DNA from: an uncultured Chloroflexia bacterium
GTDB lineage: Bacteria; Chloroflexota; Anaerolineae; JAAYZQ01
Assembly: GCA_963700285.1 (NCBI GenBank)
Contig: CAVOXA010000007.1
Location: 98,741-162,740 of the forward strand
DNA: 64,000 nucleotides
Direction of reading: 5' to 3'
Part shown: positions 58,961 to 64,000 of the stretch, piece by piece
Layout: each line of letters starts with the position of its first letter
How positions within the stretch are numbered: the first letter of the stretch is position 1
The notes under the pieces: generated by a model
What the model saw: the letters and a program-made list of their open reading frames with translations, nothing else
Databases searched by the model: none
Told to the model about the DNA's origin: nothing
Translations under genes and position numbers: made by a program

Positions 58961-61443
58961 GTCAGGTCCTGCTCGTAGTGCGCGTTTCAACGCGCTACTT
59001 GAGCTGCAGGTCGAGCCTCTACCCGGAACGGCGCTGAAGCGCCTACTACGAACGGTTCTCGCCTCGGTCAGGTCCTGCTCGTAGTGCGCGTTTCAACGCG
59101 CTACCTGAGCCGTAGGTCGAGCCTCTACCTGGAACGGCGCTGAAGCGCCTACTACGAACGGTTCTCGCCTCGGTCAGGTCCCGTTCGTAGTGCGCGTTTC
59201 AACGCGCTACCTGAGCCGTAGGTCGAGCCTCTACCTGGAACGGCGCTGAAGCGCCTACTACGAACGGTTCTCGCCTCGGTCAGGTCCTGCTCGTAGTGCG
59301 TGTTTCAACGCGCTACCTGAGCCGCAGGTCGAGCCTCTACCTGGAACGGCGCTGAAGCGCCTACTACGAACGGTTCTCGCCTCGGTCAGGTCCTGCTCGT
59401 AGTGCGCGTTTCAACGCGCTACCTGAGCCGCAGGTCGAGCCTCTACCTGGAACGGCGCTGAAGCGCCTACTACGAACGGTTCTCGCCTCGGTCAGGTCCC
59501 GTTCGTAGTGCGCGTTTCAACGCGCTACCTGAGCCGTAGGTCGAGCCTCTACCTGGAACGGCGCTGAAGCGCCTACTACGAACGGTTCTCGCCTCGGTCA
59601 GGTCCCGTTCGTAGTGCGCGTTTCAACGCGCTACCTGAGCCGTAGGTCGAGCCTCTACCCGGAACGGCGCTGAAGCGCCTACTACGAACGGTTCTCGCCT
59701 CGGTCAGGTCCCGTTCGTAGTGCGTGTTTCAACGCGCTACCTGAGCCGCAGGTCGAGCCTCTACCTGGAACGGCGCTGAAGCGCCTACTACGAACGGTTC
59801 TCGCCTCGGTCAGGTCCTGCTCGTAGTGCGCGTTTCAACGCGCTACCTGAGCCGCAGGTCGAGCCTCTACCTGGAACGGCGCTGAAGCGCCTACTACGAA
59901 CGGTTCTCGCCTCGGTCAGGTCCTGCTCGTAGTGCGCGTTTCAACGCGCTACCTGAGCTGCAGGTCGAGCCTCTACCCGGAACGGCGCTGAAGCGCCTAC
60001 TACGAACGGTTCTCGCCTCGGTCAGGTCCCGTTCGTAGTGCGCGTTTCAACGCGCTTCCTGAGCCGCAGGTCGAGCCTCTACCTGGAACGGCGCTGAAGC
60101 GCCTACTACGAACGGTTCTCGCCTCGGTCAGGTCCCGTTCGTAGTGCGTGTTTCAACGCGCTACCTGAGCCGTAGGTCGAGCCTCTACCCGGAACGGCGC
60201 TGAAGCGCCTACTACGAACGGTTCTCGCCTCGGTCAGGTCCCGTTCGTAGTGCGTGTTTCAACGCGCTACCTGAGCCGTAGGTCGAGCCTCTACCTGGAA
60301 CGGCGCTGAAGCGCCTACTACGAACGGTTCTCGCCTCGGTCAGGTCCCGTTCGTAGTGCGCGTTTCAACGCGCTACCTGAGCCGCAGGTCGAGCCTCTAC
60401 CTGGAACGGCGCTGAAGCGCCTACTACGAACGGTTCTCGCCTCGGTCAGGTCCTGCTCGTAGTGCGCGTTTCAACGCGCTACCTGAGCCGTAGGTCGAGC
60501 CTCTACCTGGAACGGCGCTGAAGCGCCTACTACGAACGGTTCTCGCCTCGGTCAGGTCCCGTTCGTAGTGCGCGTTTCAACGCGCTACCTGAGCCGCAGG
60601 TCGAGCCTCTACCTGGAACGGCGCTGAAGCGCCTACTACGAACGGTTCTCGCCTCGGTCAGGTCCCGTTCGTAGTGCGCGTTTCAACGCGCTACCTGAGC
60701 CGTAGGTCGAGCCTCTACCTGGAACGGCGCTGAAGCGCCTACTACGAACGGTTCTCGCCTCGGTCAGGTCCCGTTCGTAGTGCGCGTTTCAACGCGCTAC
60801 CTGAGCTGCAGGTCGAGCCTCTACCTGGAACGGCGCTGAAGCGCCTACTACGAACGGTTCTCGCCTCGGTCAGGTCCTGCTCGTAGTGCGCGTTTCAACG
60901 CGCTACCTGAGCCGCAGGTCGAGCCTCTACCTGGAACGGCGCTGAAGCGCCTACTACGAACGGTTCTCGCCTCGGTCAGGTCCCGTTCGTAGTGCGTGTT
61001 TCAACGCGCTACCTGAGCCGTAGGTCGAGCCTCTACCCGGAACGGCGCTGAAGCGCCTACTACGAACGGTTCTCGCCTCGGTCAGGTCCCGTTCGTAGTG
61101 CGCGTTTCAACGCGCTACCTGAGCCGCAGGTCGAGCCTCTACCTGGAATGGCGCTGAAGCGCCTACTACGAACGGTTCTCGCCTCGGTCAGGTCCCGTTC
61201 GTAGTGCGCGTTTCAACGCGCTACCTGAGCCGTAGGTCGAGCCTCTACCTGGAACGGCGCTGAAGCGCCTACTACGAACGGTTCTCGCCTCGGTCAGGTC
61301 CCGTTCGTAGTGCGCGTTTCAACGCGCTACCTGAGCTGCAGGTCGAAGCCTCTACCCGGAACGGCGCTGAAGCGCCTACTACGAACGGTTCTCGCCTCGG
61401 TCAGGTCCCGTTCGTAGTGCGTGTTTCAACGCGCTACTTGAGC
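58961..61443. repeat. tandem array of 23 complete 106-bp units plus a partial unit (REP-doublet/BIME-like)
   Basis: Period 106 bp (unit starts 58961, 59067, 59173 ... 61293, partial at 61400, one unit 107 bp). No long ORF. Each unit has two inverted GTAG-headed palindromes. Confidence 0.97.
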
Positions 61444-62606
61444 CCACGGATGGCTGGAAGATACGCCTCTGGCGACCGGATCATGGCCGCCAGGAGCGCG
61501 GCCCGCTCGGGCAGGGAATGCAGATACACGTACTCGTGCAGTGCATGAGCGCCATCGCCGACGGGTCCCATGCCGTCCAGCGTGGGTACGCCCAGGGCTG
61601 CGGTAAAGTTCCCGTCAGAGCCACCGCCAGTTCCCGATTCCGTGATCTCAAAGCCCATCTCCTCCGCAAAAGCCTCGGCCTGGGTGAACAGGGCCACGAT
61701 CTCTGACGTCCGGACCATCGGCGGGCGGTTCATGCCGCCGGTGACTTCCAAGGTGGTGCCTTCGAGGTGTGGCCGCAGCCCCCGCATCTCGACCTCAAGG
61801 CGAGTCGCCTCTTCGACGCTCGTGACGCGCATGTCTATCTCGGCCGAAGCCTGCGCGGGGATGACGTTGCTGCGCGTGCCCCCTCTGACCACGCCGACGC
61901 TGACGGTGGTACCGGCCTCATAGTTGGTGAGCGCCTGGATGGCCAGGATCTGGTGGGCCAGTTCCTCGATGGCGTTGACGCCCTTGGCGTGGTCGGCTCC
62001 GGCGTGGGCCGAACGGCCGGTCACAGAGATCCCGTACATGCCCACCCCTTTGCGCCAGGTTTTTAGCGCCCCCTGCGTGGTTTGAGCTGGTTCCAGGCAG
62101 AAAACGACGTCGTGCTGAAGCGCTTCGGCCTCGATGATGGGGCGCGAGGTAATGCTGCCGATTTCCTCGTCAGAGGTGAGCAAAATGGTTACCGGTTGGC
62201 CGGCTGGCAGGTCCAAATCGCGCAGGGCGCGGATGGCCCACAGGCTGTTGGTTATGCCGCCCTTCATATCAAAGGCCCCAGGGCCATAAAGCTTGCCGTC
62301 CTCCACGCGGATGGGCCGCTCGGCCACGGTTCCCACGTCCCAGACGGTGTCCATGTGACAGATCAGCAGGGCGCCACCTGGACCATGGCCCCAGCGGGCC
62401 TTGACGTGGTTGCCGGCCCGATCCTGGGAGAGGATCTGTACCTGGCCGCCCAGGTCCTGCAACTGTTCGGCCAGAAAGGCACTGAGCCGGTCCAGGGCCG
62501 CCTTGTCGAGGGTAGGTGATTCTGTCTCGACGATCTGCGCCAGCGATGCGGCCATCTCGTGCTGATGGTCGCGAAGGTAAGCCAGGATCCGTTGGTTGTC
62601 GGTCAT
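61434..62606 (-). CDS. M20 metallopeptidase (glutamate carboxypeptidase/CPG2-like)
   Basis: CHMDTV, GPGAFDMKGG, SDEEIGS, GRSAHAG, GGGSDGN, GAHALHE. Confidence 0.93.
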   Translation of the reverse strand: MTDNQRILAYLRDHQHEMAASLAQIVETESPTLDKAALDRLSAFLAEQLQDLGGQVQILSQDRAGNHVKARWGHGPGGALLICHMDTVWDVGTVAERPIRVEDGKLYGPGAFDMKGGITNSLWAIRALRDLDLPAGQPVTILLTSDEEIGSITSRPIIEAEALQHDVVFCLEPAQTTQGALKTWRKGVGMYGISVTGRSAHAGADHAKGVNAIEELAHQILAIQALTNYEAGTTVSVGVVRGGTRSNVIPAQASAEIDMRVTSVEEATRLEVEMRGLRPHLEGTTLEVTGGMNRPPMVRTSEIVALFTQAEAFAEEMGFEITESGTGGGSDGNFTAALGVPTLDGMGPVGDGAHALHEYVYLHSLPERAALLAAMIRSPEAYLPAIRGLK

Positions 62607-62653
62607 GATTCTTCCCTTTCTTCTACGCTTGGTGTAAATCGGCCTGCGGATTT

Positions 62654-64000
<1,347 letters not shown>

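Noticed and set aside
58961-61443. CRISPR array
   Set aside because: No unique spacers, since whole 106-bp units are near-identical, and no cas genes are in the window.
58961-61443. Repeat-protein coding region
   Set aside because: Unit length is not a multiple of 3 and the ORF track shows no long ORF across the array.

Overview
GC-rich bacterial chromosomal window. Gene content, V/E/K-rich substrate-binding-protein linkers and repeat families suggest a Chloroflexota (Anaerolineae-like) genome, which is an inference. About 50 genes are present, mostly amidohydrolases/peptidases, two peptide-type ABC import clusters without ATPase genes, a long putative sugar-acid catabolic operon (31.8-46 kb), a SARP/BTAD-ATPase-TPR regulator and a tyrosine recombinase. 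Several genes carry single-base frameshifts that look like long-read errors. No rRNA, tRNA, CRISPR array or intact transposase was seen. Most notable: (1) a 2.5 kb non-coding tandem array of 23 complete 106-bp GTAG-type REP-doublet units whose variants are almost all shuffled C/T changes; (2) two dif-like 11-6-11 sites, one near the predicted transcription start and one over the start codon of the Xer-like recombinase; (3) an Avs1a-like MBL hydrolase + metacaspase + NUDIX cassette; (4) a secreted protein with four YxTAW(Y/F)(V/I)DPxEW repeats, divergent from the SARP regulator; (5) a DppB-type permease with an inserted SH3-like domain; (6) an intact and an apparently inactivated creatininase-family pair; (7) several families of dispersed, partly nested palindromic repeats.
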